In this document: one piece after another, positions 8,321-20,000 of the stretch | Layout of the letters: each line of letters begins with the position of its first letter | How positions within the stretch are numbered: the stretch's first letter is position 1 | Source: Bacillota bacterium | Lineage (GTDB): Bacteria; Bacillota; Limnochordia; Darwinibacteriales; Darwinibacteriaceae | Assembly: GCA_012521465.1 (NCBI GenBank) | Contig: JAAYMI010000109.1 | Span: 1 to 56,064, forward strand | DNA length: 56,064 nucleotides | Direction of reading: 5' to 3' | Notes under the pieces: generated by a model | Seen by the model: only the letters and a program-made list of their open reading frames with translations | Database searches by the model: none | Told to the model about the DNA's origin: nothing | Position numbers and translations under genes: made by a program

Positions 8321-10698
8321 CACTCCTCGTCAATCTGACTGGAAATCATGTTGGCATAGTACTCAACCAAGGCATCTGCTTCTTCTGGGGTTGCTGCCTC
8401 ACTGTAAATCTGAAAGACCGGTTCATCGCCGTCAGGGACTACTAAAGCCCAGCCAGTGGAAGTGTATTCCTTGACACCGTCCAGGTACAAAGTGTTTTCC
8501 GGCTGCGTTCGGCCGATGAGCTCCCGCATCACTCTGCCCTTGTCTTTCCATGGACAAAGTACCACTTTGCTCTTAGTATACGTTTTTGGAGGTTCCAGCA
8601 GATCAACCAGCTTGGTTTGGGTGGAACTGGCAAAGCGCAAAACCACACCAATCGAGGCCAGGGGCTCTATATAAGGAAACACCTCCACCTCGTCGCCCTC
8701 GGCTATGCCCAGTTCCGATGCAGCTTCCATCCAGAATTGGGGTTCCAACCGCGTCCAGCGCACATCAAGACCCGCTTCCTGAGCCACCTGGGAGACTTGT
8801 TCTGAGATATGCACCGGAAAAGCAATGCTCTGGCGGGCCTTTGCCTTCAGCGCGTACGTGAACACGGTCCACCAAGCCGCATCACTCAGCCGCCGCCCCG
8901 CTTCGTCCTGGAGGTACCAACCTTCATCGTCCACAACCACTGTCACGTGGCTGCCTTCTCCAGACTGCGCCAGCTGATACCCTGCCCTCATCAGAAACTC
9001 TTTCACCAAAGCGGTAAGAGCTTGGGCTCCTGGTGAGGCCTGCTTGACGCTCACCACATAGCCCTCGCGGGCGGCGCGGTACACCTTGGACAATACCTCC
9101 AAATACCGATCAGACAAGCCTGTCACAAAGCTCAGTTCTCCAAGCTGCCCATCTGAGACTCTGGGATAGTCGTCCCTAAGGAAGATGTTCTCCAGCCTGC
9201 GCTGGTCGGATTTGCTGAGGAAACGTCCACGGCTATCCCAGCACTGAATATTCACCAGCCCCGGCTGGCTGGCAAAAGACTGGCAGTGGAGAGCACCATC
9301 GGCCCGGTACAGCGGTGCACCCAGCCTGGTCAAATTAGCCACCACAGTGCCCGCGTCCAGCACATTGAGGCCGCCGTTCAATAGGCCGGCAATTAGCGCA
9401 CGCTTTGCCACACGGGCATTGGGCGAACCATCGCTGGTCACGAGCACTCGCCTGCCCGCACCTAAGAAAGCTCCATAGCTTAGCCCCACCCGAACGATCT
9501 CCTCCAAAGGCAGATCAGCCCTTAGGTCTCCGGTGATGCCCCACTTGCTGAACAGGGAAGGCCTTTCTTGGCTCCCCCAAACCAAGGATTGCTTGAGAGT
9601 AGTGCCGCTGGCGACGCGCTTTTCCGGCCAGACCTTAGTGTTGGGGCGGAGGGTGGAATAAGATCCTACTTCCGCGTTTTCGCCGATTACCACACCCTCA
9701 AATAGCTTGGCTCTCCGCTCTATGCGCACATTCTGCGCGCAGACACAGCCCCTTAGCTCGCTGCCGGATCCAACCTGTACCCCAGACCACAGCGTGACCC
9801 TTTTTAGGCTTGCTCCACAGGCAATGCGGCAGTTTGGCCCGATCACACTGTATTTCCCCAGTCGCACGCCAGCTGCGATCTGAGCTCCCCGGCCGATATA
9901 TACTGGACCAGTGATCTGGACATCAGCGGACAGCTCCGCGCCTTCCTCGACGTACACGCTGCCCGGCCTAGGTGTACCTAGGTTGATGCGCACCTTACCG
10001 TCGAGGCAGTCCTGCTGCGCTTGACGATACACTTCCAGATTGCCCACATCAGACCAATATCCCTCCGCGACATATCCGTAGAGGGGTGCTTGCTTGGCCA
10101 AAAGCTTAGGGAACAGATCGCGGCTGAAGTCAAAGTTCTGCCCGCGAGCAAATTCCTGCAGGACTTCCGGCTCCAGCACATAGATCCCCGTATTTACCGT
10201 GTCACTGAAAACCTCACTCCAGCTCGGCTTTTCTAAGAACTGGGCGATGCGGCCGTCTTCCCTTGTGATCACAATCCCATAGTTGAGCGGGTTAGATACC
10301 CGCGTCAGCACTAGAGTAGCTACTGCCTTGCGGGCGCGGTGGAAGGCAACCGCTTTGGTGAGGTCAATATCAGTGAGAGAATCGCCGCTCACAACGATAA
10401 AGGTTTCATCAAGAAAGTGCTCCGCATTCTTGACACTGCCTGCGGTGCCCAGCGGCTCTTCCTCCACGAAATACTCCATGGTCACCCCAAAATCGGAACC
10501 ATCGCCAAAATAATCCATCACATCCCGCGGCAGATACCACAATGTACTGGCAATCTCCCTGATCTGATGCAGCTTGAGAAGATTTACGATGTGTTCCATC
10601 ATCGGTTTGTTGCAGATTGGGACCATGGGTTTCGGTAAGTTGCAGGTGAGCGGTCTGAGGCGGGTACCCTCACCGCCTGCCATGATTACTGCTTTCAT
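8320..10698 (-). CDS. sugar-1-phosphate nucleotidyltransferase fused to a left-handed beta-helix and a PGM/PMM-like C-terminal module
   Basis: The N-terminus [13 protein letters not shown] carries the GGxGTRLxPLT motif. Hexapeptide repeats occupy about aa 250-370. The C-terminal roughly 400 aa has PGM-like topology, but its signature motifs are degenerate (see findings). Confidence 0.8.
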   Translation of the reverse strand: MKAVIMAGGEGTRLRPLTCNLPKPMVPICNKPMMEHIVNLLKLHQIREIASTLWYLPRDVMDYFGDGSDFGVTMEYFVEEEPLGTAGSVKNAEHFLDETFIVVSGDSLTDIDLTKAVAFHRARKAVATLVLTRVSNPLNYGIVITREDGRIAQFLEKPSWSEVFSDTVNTGIYVLEPEVLQEFARGQNFDFSRDLFPKLLAKQAPLYGYVAEGYWSDVGNLEVYRQAQQDCLDGKVRINLGTPRPGSVYVEEGAELSADVQITGPVYIGRGAQIAAGVRLGKYSVIGPNCRIACGASLKRVTLWSGVQVGSGSELRGCVCAQNVRIERRAKLFEGVVIGENAEVGSYSTLRPNTKVWPEKRVASGTTLKQSLVWGSQERPSLFSKWGITGDLRADLPLEEIVRVGLSYGAFLGAGRRVLVTSDGSPNARVAKRALIAGLLNGGLNVLDAGTVVANLTRLGAPLYRADGALHCQSFASQPGLVNIQCWDSRGRFLSKSDQRRLENIFLRDDYPRVSDGQLGELSFVTGLSDRYLEVLSKVYRAAREGYVVSVKQASPGAQALTALVKEFLMRAGYQLAQSGEGSHVTVVVDDEGWYLQDEAGRRLSDAAWWTVFTYALKAKARQSIAFPVHISEQVSQVAQEAGLDVRWTRLEPQFWMEAASELGIAEGDEVEVFPYIEPLASIGVVLRFASSTQTKLVDLLEPPKTYTKSKVVLCPWKDKGRVMRELIGRTQPENTLYLDGVKEYTSTGWALVVPDGDEPVFQIYSEAATPEEADALVEYYANMISSQIDEE

Positions 10699-11956
10699 AG
10701 AGCTCAGCCCTTTCCTCTGGGAAGTCGCCCGTAAGATGATAGCGTTCGTGGACAGTCTTAGTATCGTGCGTAATCGGACCAGGAGACGTGCGTCCTAAAG
10801 CCCGCTTGTACTCTTCCACAGTCCGGTGGGCTATTTTGCTCCAATCGTACTTCTGCAGCAGCTCACGGTAGGCTAGAGTCTTCATCATCCTGGCGTACTG
10901 CCGGTCCTTGAGGAGGATGAGGATATTATCCGCTAGGGAGTTGCTCTGCCCCGCGTAGAACGTGAGACCAGTTTCGCCGTGCCGCACTATTTCCCTAAAG
11001 CCACCCACATCGCTGACCACAACGGGAGCTCCCGCGGCCATGGCTTCTAGGGCTACAATCCCGAAAGGCTCATAGCGGCTGGGAAAAACGGCAGCATCGG
11101 CCAGCTGGTAGAGGCTGTTGCGGGTCAAATCATCGATGAACCCCGCAAAGTGAACCTTGTGGGCGATCCCCATCTCCCACGCTTTGCGCTTGAGTTCATC
11201 ATGCATTGGCCCAGTTCCCGCGATAATGAACTTTGTTGACGGCTGGTGTGCCACTACTTTAGGGACTGCTCCCAGCAGCACGTCCACTCCTTTCTCGTAC
11301 ACATGCCTTCCTACAAACAACACAATCCTTTCTTCCGGAAGCGCCCACTGACTGCGGAACGCATCTAGATCAGGGTGTGTCTCCCGGAAGTTTCGGACCA
11401 CGACGCCGTTAGGGATCACTGCCAGTTTGTCGTCTGGGAGGTGAAAAATGCGGTGGAGCTCATCGCGCATGTACTCACTGCAGCAGATTACCCGATAAGC
11501 TTCGTAGGTCAGCCACCACTCCACGTCATTGATGTGCCGCTGAAGATCGTTATGGATCCCGGCGTTGCGGCCCCACTCGGTGGCGTGAATGGTTGCCACC
11601 ACAGGTAGATTGAAAGCATGCTTGAGCACTTTCGCGGCAGGTGCTACCAGCCAGTCATGAGCATGAATTACATCAATGGGTTCGGTATTGATGACCTGCA
11701 CAGCGCGCTGAATCAGGTGGTAATTCATGTAGAGGACGCTGTCTAGAAACCCTAGCGGCGAAGGATGATGCTGGTTTACCCGGTAGACCCTTACGCCTGA
11801 GACATACTCCACCTGCCCACACTCGGAGTGGTCGCTAGTTACCACAAACACCTCATGTCCCTGCTCCACCAGGGCTTCGGACAGATCGGCCACGGCGCGC
11901 GCCAATCCGCCGACCACCTTAGGTGGATACTCCCACGACAGCATCAAAATCCTCAA
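10670..11956 (-). CDS. GT4 (group 1) glycosyltransferase, glycogen-synthase-like
   Basis: The N-terminus reads [18 protein letters not shown], and the C-terminal E-x7-E region reads [23 protein letters not shown]. The TTG start is preceded by AGGTGGTGA. Confidence 0.8.
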   Translation of the reverse strand: MRILMLSWEYPPKVVGGLARAVADLSEALVEQGHEVFVVTSDHSECGQVEYVSGVRVYRVNQHHPSPLGFLDSVLYMNYHLIQRAVQVINTEPIDVIHAHDWLVAPAAKVLKHAFNLPVVATIHATEWGRNAGIHNDLQRHINDVEWWLTYEAYRVICCSEYMRDELHRIFHLPDDKLAVIPNGVVVRNFRETHPDLDAFRSQWALPEERIVLFVGRHVYEKGVDVLLGAVPKVVAHQPSTKFIIAGTGPMHDELKRKAWEMGIAHKVHFAGFIDDLTRNSLYQLADAAVFPSRYEPFGIVALEAMAAGAPVVVSDVGGFREIVRHGETGLTFYAGQSNSLADNILILLKDRQYARMMKTLAYRELLQKYDWSKIAHRTVEEYKRALGRTSPGPITHDTKTVHERYHLTGDFPEERAELYESSNHGRR

Positions 11957-12081
11957 GACACGTCACCACCTAAATCTCTCTTCTCAACAAAGGATACCCG
12001 GAACTGATGGGTATTATTAAAGGATTTGGGGCGGCAGATAGCTAATTAAGAAAACCATTGATGGGAAAGGAGATGAGTTCC

Positions 12082-14400
12082 ATGCGAGCTTTTCATCGGA
12101 ATATCCGGGCAATTTACCCTTTTGAGGAATGGTGCATTACCGAGACGGAGTTTAACCCAGAATACAACCACCGCAGCGAGTCTATCTACGCCCTGGGCAA
12201 TGGCTATATGGGGATGCGGGGCATTTTCGAGGAGGGCTTACCCGAGACCGTTCCGTCCACGCCAGGCATTTACGTGAACGGCATCTACGAGACGTCTCCC
12301 ATAGTGTACGGAGAATACATGGCAAGGCAGCCGCAAGAATACCAAACCATGATCAACATCACAGACTGGCGGATCATTGAGGTTACTGCTGAATGTGAAG
12401 ATTTCTCGCTGCTCACCGGCACTGTGGAGCACTACCGGCGAGTGCTGGACCTCAGGCGCGGCATCTTAACGCGCGAAGTGACGTGGAAGAGTCCCCAAGG
12501 CAGACGCCTCGAGCTGTGCTTTGAGCGGTTCATCTCCCAAACGCACAAGCACGCTGCGGTCATGCGCTGCACAGTGCGCCCCCTCAACTTCTCTGGCAGG
12601 CTGACGATCACGGCGCGCGTTCAAGGCAGAGTGCATAACTACCACCACCTCCGCGGACAGCGCACCCTTGATGTCGTCTCTACCCATGCTGAAAATGAAA
12701 GCGGTTGCATTCTGTCGCAGACCCTGCACAGTGGTTTTCAAATCGGCGTAGGAGTAAGCCACAAGACCTGGCCCGTCACGGCAGTGCAGGGACGGGCCGA
12801 ACAGGAACAGCTGATCTTCACGGCAGAATACTCCCTCGAACAAGGCGAAAGCGGGTCGCTGGAGAAATATGTAGCAGTGACCACTTCGCGGGAAACTCCC
12901 GCGGGCGATATTGCGCAGTTTGTCCTATCCCACGCCCAGAATCTCGCCCAGCAGGGTTGGGACGGACTTTTTGCTCCCCATGTGGAATTTATGGAGAGCT
13001 ACTGGGCAGATACAGATATTCAGCTAGAAGGGGATCCCGCTCTCCAGCAGGGCCTGCGCTTCAATGCCTTCCACCTGCTGTGCTCCACAGGCCGAGATGG
13101 TCTTACCAACATTGCTGCCAAAGGGCTGACAGGTGAGTACTACGAAGGCCATTATTTCTGGGATACAGAAACATACATCATTCCCTTTTTCCTCTACAGC
13201 CAACCAGACCTCGTGCGCAAGCTGTTGGAGTATCGCTACAGCATCCTGGATGCTGCCCGGGAAAATGCGGCGCGCATGAAAGACAAGGGCGCGCTCTACA
13301 CCTGGCGCACAATCAACGGACATGAAGCGTCGGGGAACTTCCTAGGTTCGACGGTGCAGTACCACATTAACGCGGACATCGCCTACGCAATCCATAAATA
13401 TCTCGAAGCTACCGAAGACTGGGAGTTTCTCCGCGACATGGGTGCAGAGATCCTCTTTGAAACAGCCCGCTGCTGGGCAGCTCGGGGCGCGTTCATTCCG
13501 GCAAAAGGAGGGCGCTACTGCATTAATGAGGTCTGCGGGCCTGATGAATACAAGCCGGGTGTCAATAACAACTGCTATACCAACTACATGGCCAAATTTA
13601 ACCTGGAACTAGCCCTAAGAGCGCGGGAAATTCTTGAGGAGCTGTATCCACAGCATTACGCGGACCTGGTGAAAAAGCTGGAACTTGAGGAAATTGAGTT
13701 TGAGCAGTGGCAGAAGTGCGCTGACCTGATGTACCTGCCATATGATGAAGAGCTGGGCATTCATCCCCAGGACGATTCGTTCCTATATAAGGATCCCATC
13801 GACGTGGATGCAATTCCCCCAGACGAGATTCCCCTGGTGCGGAACTGGCATCCCCTCACCATCTGGCGCTACCAGGTTATCAAACAGGCAGATGTGATCC
13901 TGCTCCAGTTCCTCTTGGGCGATCAGTTCTCATTGGAGGAAAAGAAAGCCAACTACGACTATTACGAACCAAAGACTACCCATGACTCATCGCTGTCTCC
14001 GTCCATCTACAGCATTATGGCGGCGGAAATCGGTTACCATGACCATTCTTATAATTACTTCATGCAGACGTCCCGCCTCGATCTCGATGACTACAACAAA
14101 AACGCTTGGCAGGGCGTACACACCGCCTGCATGGCCGGATCATGGATGTGCATAGTGAATGGGTTTGCAGGCATGCGGACTTACGGTGGCAGCTTGCGTT
14201 TTCGGCCTACCCTTCCGGAAAAGTGGACGCGTTACGCCTTTAAGGTGAAGTTCAGGGGCAGGCAACTGGAAGTCTGTGTCGAAAAGGATCATACAGTCTA
14301 CCGACTATTGGCGGGAGAAGAAATGGAGATTTATCACAACGGCACCCCGCTAACCATCGCGCCTGGGGCTGCCGTTTCCCGGAGGAACAATGCGCATTAA
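12082..14400 (+). CDS. GH65 family disaccharide (kojibiose/trehalose/maltose-type) phosphorylase
   Basis: The ALGNGYMGMRG N-terminal motif and the GEYYEGHYFWDTETY catalytic-region motif are typical of GH65. I chose the ATG at 12082, which follows an AAGGAG. Confidence 0.8.
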   Translation: MRAFHRNIRAIYPFEEWCITETEFNPEYNHRSESIYALGNGYMGMRGIFEEGLPETVPSTPGIYVNGIYETSPIVYGEYMARQPQEYQTMINITDWRIIEVTAECEDFSLLTGTVEHYRRVLDLRRGILTREVTWKSPQGRRLELCFERFISQTHKHAAVMRCTVRPLNFSGRLTITARVQGRVHNYHHLRGQRTLDVVSTHAENESGCILSQTLHSGFQIGVGVSHKTWPVTAVQGRAEQEQLIFTAEYSLEQGESGSLEKYVAVTTSRETPAGDIAQFVLSHAQNLAQQGWDGLFAPHVEFMESYWADTDIQLEGDPALQQGLRFNAFHLLCSTGRDGLTNIAAKGLTGEYYEGHYFWDTETYIIPFFLYSQPDLVRKLLEYRYSILDAARENAARMKDKGALYTWRTINGHEASGNFLGSTVQYHINADIAYAIHKYLEATEDWEFLRDMGAEILFETARCWAARGAFIPAKGGRYCINEVCGPDEYKPGVNNNCYTNYMAKFNLELALRAREILEELYPQHYADLVKKLELEEIEFEQWQKCADLMYLPYDEELGIHPQDDSFLYKDPIDVDAIPPDEIPLVRNWHPLTIWRYQVIKQADVILLQFLLGDQFSLEEKKANYDYYEPKTTHDSSLSPSIYSIMAAEIGYHDHSYNYFMQTSRLDLDDYNKNAWQGVHTACMAGSWMCIVNGFAGMRTYGGSLRFRPTLPEKWTRYAFKVKFRGRQLEVCVEKDHTVYRLLAGEEMEIYHNGTPLTIAPGAAVSRRNNAH

Positions 14401-15565
14401 AACTCCCTACACCATTGTATCTCTCAACTACTTAGCGTTTTACACGACACTGGCAGCCTGGAATCCCTTTGTCGTGATATTCCTGCAGCAGGCTGGGTGG
14501 ACAGGGTTTGAAATTGGCGTGTTCAGCGCAATTGGACCGCTCTTGGCCTTCCTCACCCAGCCTCTCTGGGGCTTAGTCAGTGACGCTTGGGGCAACGTCC
14601 GCCTGCTTTACATCCTCTTGCTGGCGGCTACGGCAGGATCAGTGGCGGTGTTTGGCTTCTTACCTGTCTCAGCCCTGTTTTTCGCGCTTGCGGTGCTGAT
14701 GGGTATTACACAGGGACCCCTCAGTGCCATGCTGGACAGCATGGCGGTAAAAGCTCTCCAAGAGCACAGCAACCGCATCGGGCAGGCTCGCCTGTGGGGT
14801 TCCCTCAGCTTTGCCATTGTGGTCTTGGTGATGGGAACAGTCTTTGACAGGAATAATGCGGCGATTTTTCCTGCCTTTGTCCTCACCAGCTGCCTTGCGA
14901 TTGCCGTCAGTCTCAGCATGCCCGCGCAGGACTCGTCCCTGAGGCAGCCTGACTTTCGGTTGGGAAGTATCCGGCAGGCAGTGAGCCGTCCTTTCCTGTT
15001 TTTCCTCGGTGCCGCCTTTCTGCTGCAGATGGGGAATTCGACCGTTATGCCTTTCCTCAGCTTGGTCCTGGTAGAGCGGGGGGCCAGCTCCGCATTGGTC
15101 GGCTACGCCTGGGGCGGCACAGCCTTAGTGGAAATCCCCGTATTCGCTATAACAGCAAAACTGCTCCGGCGGCATCGACCAGAGCAGCTTTTGATCACAG
15201 CAGGGCTCATCAATACCCTGCGCATGTTTTTATTTGCCTTTACTCCTAACCCGTGGCTGTTAGTGTTCATCCATGCCATTGAGGGCCTTGCCTTTCCCCT
15301 TATCACAGTTGGCTTGGTGCTGCTCATTGATGAGCTGGTCAAACCAGAGTTCAAGACCACTGGCTTCACCCTGCAGGCTGCCTGCAGCCATACCCTGCCG
15401 CGGTTCTTGGGCAGCGTCTGGGGAGGCAGGATTATGGATCTTTTCGGGGGAACAGGGCTGTTCCTCGTCGGTGCTGCCATAACCGCTTTGGGCACCGCCG
15501 CTATGGGACTGTGGTGGACGAAATTCCGAGACAGGCCCAAAGCACACACTGCCGTGAGCAGCTAG
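14390..15565 (+). CDS. MFS transporter (12 TM), translationally coupled to the GH65 gene
   Basis: Hydrophobic helices run throughout. The start is GGAGGAACA-ATG and overlaps the GH65 stop. Confidence 0.75.
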   Translation: MRIKTPYTIVSLNYLAFYTTLAAWNPFVVIFLQQAGWTGFEIGVFSAIGPLLAFLTQPLWGLVSDAWGNVRLLYILLLAATAGSVAVFGFLPVSALFFALAVLMGITQGPLSAMLDSMAVKALQEHSNRIGQARLWGSLSFAIVVLVMGTVFDRNNAAIFPAFVLTSCLAIAVSLSMPAQDSSLRQPDFRLGSIRQAVSRPFLFFLGAAFLLQMGNSTVMPFLSLVLVERGASSALVGYAWGGTALVEIPVFAITAKLLRRHRPEQLLITAGLINTLRMFLFAFTPNPWLLVFIHAIEGLAFPLITVGLVLLIDELVKPEFKTTGFTLQAACSHTLPRFLGSVWGGRIMDLFGGTGLFLVGAAITALGTAAMGLWWTKFRDRPKAHTAVSS

Positions 15566-16188
15566 GCCAACTTCAGCTCCCCAAAGGATTCAGGCACATG
15601 AAAATTGGCGGGCTGACGAAGTGTTGGGCTCCAAGCCAGATACTGATCAGTTGGAGTCCGCTTGATCCGGTAAAAATTCGCCCGCAGAGTTCTGCCCCGC
15701 TCGGGCTTGAAACCCAGGCAGGCAAAGGGAATCGCCAGCAGCCCCTCCCAGTCGCCAAACTCACTCGCGGTCTTGTCTCTGCGCACAACGCGGTGAATGA
15801 GTCCTGGGCAGTCCCAGGCGGGATTACCGTGGTGAACCGTCCCATCGTGGGTAATCTCGGAGTCAAAGACCACATTTTTGGGGCTGAGGTTAAACTCATA
15901 GTAGTGACGGATATCCTCAGGTGCCACAAACGCTTCCACCACTTCCTCATTGTACAAAGGGTCATCGCGGTTTGTCATAGTTGCCACAATGTCCTTGTCC
16001 TCACAGACAAAGCGCAGGTACAAATACTCCTCATCCCACGCAGCTTGGAAGGTGGTCTCCAGAGATGGTGGCTGGCCTGTGACTGCGTCCACAAATACAC
16101 TGCTCGTGGGCAGATCTTCCCACGGTACGTGCAGCACATCTCCAGGTTCAAATCCTTGGACTCGCCTGACAGTCAATTCGTAGATCAT
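15562..16188 (-). CDS. carbohydrate-binding family 9 (DOMON-like) domain protein, no signal peptide
   Basis: The pattern WDEEYLYLRF ... EEVVEAFV ... YYEFNLSP ... ANFYR resembles CBM9-like proteins. This call is from memory of the family. Confidence 0.5.
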   Translation of the reverse strand: MIYELTVRRVQGFEPGDVLHVPWEDLPTSSVFVDAVTGQPPSLETTFQAAWDEEYLYLRFVCEDKDIVATMTNRDDPLYNEEVVEAFVAPEDIRHYYEFNLSPKNVVFDSEITHDGTVHHGNPAWDCPGLIHRVVRRDKTASEFGDWEGLLAIPFACLGFKPERGRTLRANFYRIKRTPTDQYLAWSPTLRQPANFHVPESFGELKLA

Positions 16189-16253
16189 GCACTACCCCCC
16201 ATTCCCTTTCATCTTACCACCATTTCCGGTTTTAGGAAAGGGAAAGAGGATAT

Positions 16254-16688
16254 CTAGCGAGCGTCTAAGTAATCCAGGGCCTTGGCCAGAGTCAGCCCGT
16301 AAATGACTGTTGTCACGAGATGAGATATGATAGTGTCCAGTCCCACGGGGAGTAAGAGTGTAACATTGAACAAGGTGATCACGGCATTTGAGGCAAACCA
16401 AACCGCAATTGACCACAGCACTGCCCGCACGACATAGCATCCTTTTTCCTTCCGAACCAGCCAGGTAAAGGCTAGTCCCACAAATCCGCAAAATGCCAAG
16501 TGCACAAGCTGTCCGGCGATCTCTTCACTCAAAGTCCGAAAGGCAGTGCCGCTGACCAGCACATAACCCCAATATGCGTACAGCTGTTCAGATACGTTCA
16601 ATGCCACCAGCGTGCGGTTCGCGACCGTCATCGCCACTCCGGCAATCAACCCCGCTGCGAAGCCCCGCATGACCCAGTCTTTGAACAA
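16254..16688 (-). CDS. hypothetical integral membrane protein (about 4 TM)
   Basis: It is a hydrophobic 144-aa ORF with no recognised motif. Confidence 0.5.
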   Translation of the reverse strand: MFKDWVMRGFAAGLIAGVAMTVANRTLVALNVSEQLYAYWGYVLVSGTAFRTLSEEIAGQLVHLAFCGFVGLAFTWLVRKEKGCYVVRAVLWSIAVWFASNAVITLFNVTLLLPVGLDTIISHLVTTVIYGLTLAKALDYLDAR

Positions 16689-16792
16689 CCCAGAGCCCTC
16701 CCGTGCCCACTGCCTTTTTTCTCATTATGTGGATTAGCGCGCAGGATAATTCGCGCGCTTTAGCACAGACTAAAGGATAAAGGGGGGATGCC

Positions 16793-16984
16793 ATGGCTAG
16801 ATACTTCAACGTGGAAAAGCCCCTCAAAGGGCTAAAACGCAAACACTATTCGCTGCCTGTCGAAGACCATTCCACCGCAGCGTGGGCCAATCTGGCCGGG
16901 CACAAAGAGGTCTCCCGAGTTGGGCTGCCCAGCGATCTCGATGTGGAACTCGCGCGGGAATGGGCGGAAGAAAACCAAAAATAG
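16793..16984 (+). CDS. small hypothetical protein, possibly DUF3787-like (TAAW motif)
   Basis: The 63-aa ORF follows a GGGGGGA RBS and contains HSTAAWANL. The family assignment is from memory only. Confidence 0.45.
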   Translation: MARYFNVEKPLKGLKRKHYSLPVEDHSTAAWANLAGHKEVSRVGLPSDLDVELAREWAEENQK

Positions 16985-16986
16985 CG

Positions 16987-17007
16987 AGAGCCCCACTGCG
17001 GGGCTCT
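16987..17007. terminator. terminator hairpin between convergent genes
   Basis: AGAGCCCC-ACTGC-GGGGCTCT is followed by a T-rich stretch. Confidence 0.6.
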
Positions 17008-17015
17008 GCGTTCTT

Positions 17016-20000
17016 CTAGTATTCCTGCGCCGCCAGCCGACGGTACTCCGCGTAGCGCTCCTTTGCATCAGCCTCCGCTTTCGCAAACAGCTCATTGGCA
17101 GTGTCAGGAAAGCTCTTTAGCAGCGAGTAGTACCGCACTTCGCTTTCGATGAATTCCCTGAACGAAGCAGTTGGCTCTGGCGAGTCCAGCGTAAAGGGAT
17201 TCTGACCAGTTTGCTTCCGCAGAGGGTTATAGCGATAGAGATGCCAATAGCCGGCTTCCACTGCCCGCTTCTCCTGCATGATGCTGGTGCCCATGCCGGT
17301 ACGGATGCCGTGTTCAATACACGGTGAGTAAGCGATCAAGAGTGAAGGGCCGGGGTACGCTTCCGCCTCCAATATGGTCCTGATGGTATGGTTCATGTTT
17401 GCCCCCATGGCAATCTGGGCAACGTACACATAGCCATAGGCCATTGCCATCCGCCCCAGGTCTTTTTTGCGAATACGCTTGCCTGCTGAGGCAAATTTGG
17501 CCACAGCCGCGGTGGGAGTAGCCTTAGATGACTGGCCGCCGGTGTTGGAATACACTTCCGTATCCATCACGAGAATGTTCACGTCATCGCCTAAAGAGAG
17601 AACCTGATCCAGGCCTCCATAGCCGATGTCATAAGCCCACCCATCACCCCCGATAATCCACTGCGACTTCTTCACAAGGAAAGACCGTTTAGCCCAGATC
17701 TCCACCAAAGCCTTGTTCTCCTTGAGGCCGTACTTGGCCAGGAGATCCACGATGCGCCTGCTGGGTTCCACCGAACCTTCCCCATCATACATGTTTTCCA
17801 ACCAAGCCCTAAACGCCTCTGCTAAAGGTTCCTCCACTCCATCCGCCAGGAGCTGGCGCATGCGGTTCGCTAGGCGCTGACGGTTTTGCGTGACTCCCAG
17901 CCACATGCCGTATCCATATTCCGCGTTATCTTCAAACAGCGAATTAGCCCAGGCGGGCCCGTGACCCTCTTCCGTAACTGTGTAGGCCATGGAAGGGGCA
18001 CTGGCGGTATAGATAGACGAACAGCCTGTGGCATTGGCGATCAGCATGCGCTCGCCGAACAGTTGAGTGAGAAGGCGCAGATAAGGCGTCTCGCCGCAGC
18101 CGGGGCAGGCGCCGTTAAACTCAAACAGCGGCGGTCGAAACTGACTTCCCTTGAGGGTCTTCCAATCGGTGTATTGGTATTTAGGTTTGATAGTCATCGC
18201 GTATTCCCAGTTTTCAGCTTCTCGGGCAATTTCCTGATCCGCCGGTCGCATGATCAAGGCCTTCCCGGGTGCCGGGCAGACATCAGCACAGTTGCCGCAG
18301 CCTGTACAGTCCAAAGGACTGACCTGGATGCGGTAGCCAAACTCAGAAATTCCCCTGCCGACAGCTTTCTTGGTCTGGAACCCGTCGGGTGCCGCCTCCA
18401 TTTCAGTCTGATCAAGCAGGAACGGTCGAATGGTGGCATGCGGGCAGACAAAAGCACACTGATTGCACTGAATGCACTTTTCAATCTGCCACTCGGGGAT
18501 CATCACCGCAATCCCCCGCTTTTCATAGGCCGTGGTGCCGAGGGGGTAAGTCCCGTCTTCCATGCCTGCGAACGCGCTTACCGGAAGCTCATCGCCTTCA
18601 TGGCGGGCCATGGGAGCTTGGATGCGCTCCACAAATTCAGGCACCGGCTTCGGCTCTACTGGAGGATCTTGAGCAGTGCGCCACGCCTGTGGCACTTCCA
18701 CCCTCTGCAGAGCACTGCCCGCTCTGTCAATCGCCGCGAGATTCATCTCCACAATTCGGCGGCCCTTCTTACCGTACATGGTCTCCACCGCATCCTTGAG
18801 CTGCCGAATTGCTTCATCAACGGGGATCACTTTGGCCAGCTTGAAGAACACCGCCTGCATAATCATGTTGATGCGATTTCCTAACCCCACTTCGCTGGCG
18901 ATGGCAACAGCGTCGATGGTGTAGAATTGCACATGCTTCTCCGCGATCACCCGTTTGGTGGAGGCCGGCAGGTATTCCTCCAGCTCTTCCCTGTTCCACG
19001 GGCAGTTCAGAACGAAAACGCCCCCGTCTTTGATCCCTTTCAGGAGGTCATAGTTGAATACGAAAGATCTGTTGTGGCAGGCAATGTAGTCCGCGTTGTA
19101 CACCAGGTAAGCCGCTCTGATGGGCTGCTGGCCAAATCGGAGATGAGAGACGGTCGTCCCCCCGGACTTCTTGCTGTCGTATGAGAAGTAGGCCTGCACA
19201 TACAGGGGCGTGTTTTCCCCAATGATCTTGATGGCTGTCTTATTCGCTCCCACGGTGCCATCTGAGCCCAACCCCCAGAACTTGCAGCTGATTGTCCCGT
19301 CGGGAGTGGTTTCTACAATATCTGTTTCTGGCAGAGAGCTCCCGCTTACGTCATCCACGATCCCGATGGTGAATCGGTCCTGCGGCTGCTCCCGTTTGAG
19401 GTTCTCGTACACCGCGATGATCTGGGAGGGCCGCGTATCTTTCGAACCAAGCCCGAACCGCCCTCCGACAATTACCGGCACGGGACGGCCTTGGAAGGCT
19501 TTCACTACGTCTAAATAGAGCGGTTCACCAAGGGAGCCTGGTTCTTTCGTCCGATCAAGCACAGCGATCTTCTCCACAGTGGGAGGGATTGCCCTTCGGA
19601 AGTGGTCCGCCGAGAAGGGGCGGTAGAGCCGGACCTTGACTAGGCCTACCCGTTCGCCGCGACTGCGCAGGTAGTCAACGGTCTCGGCGATGGTGTCGCA
19701 TACCGAGGCCATGGCCACGATCACGTACTTGGCCTCGGGGTCGCCGTAATAGTCAAAGAGCTTGTAAGAGCGCCCCGTCAAGTCCGCAAACCGGCGCATA
19801 TAGGACTCCACTATGCCCGGTACCGCTTGGTAAAACGGATTCGCCGCTTCGCGGCCCTGGAAGTAGATATCTGGGTTCTGAGCCGTCCCCCTGATGACAG
19901 GGTGCTCGGGGTTGAGGCCGCGGGCGCGAAACTCCGCCACTGCTTCATAGTCCAGCAGCTGCGCAGCTTCAGCATATTCCACGCTCTCGATCTTCTGGAT

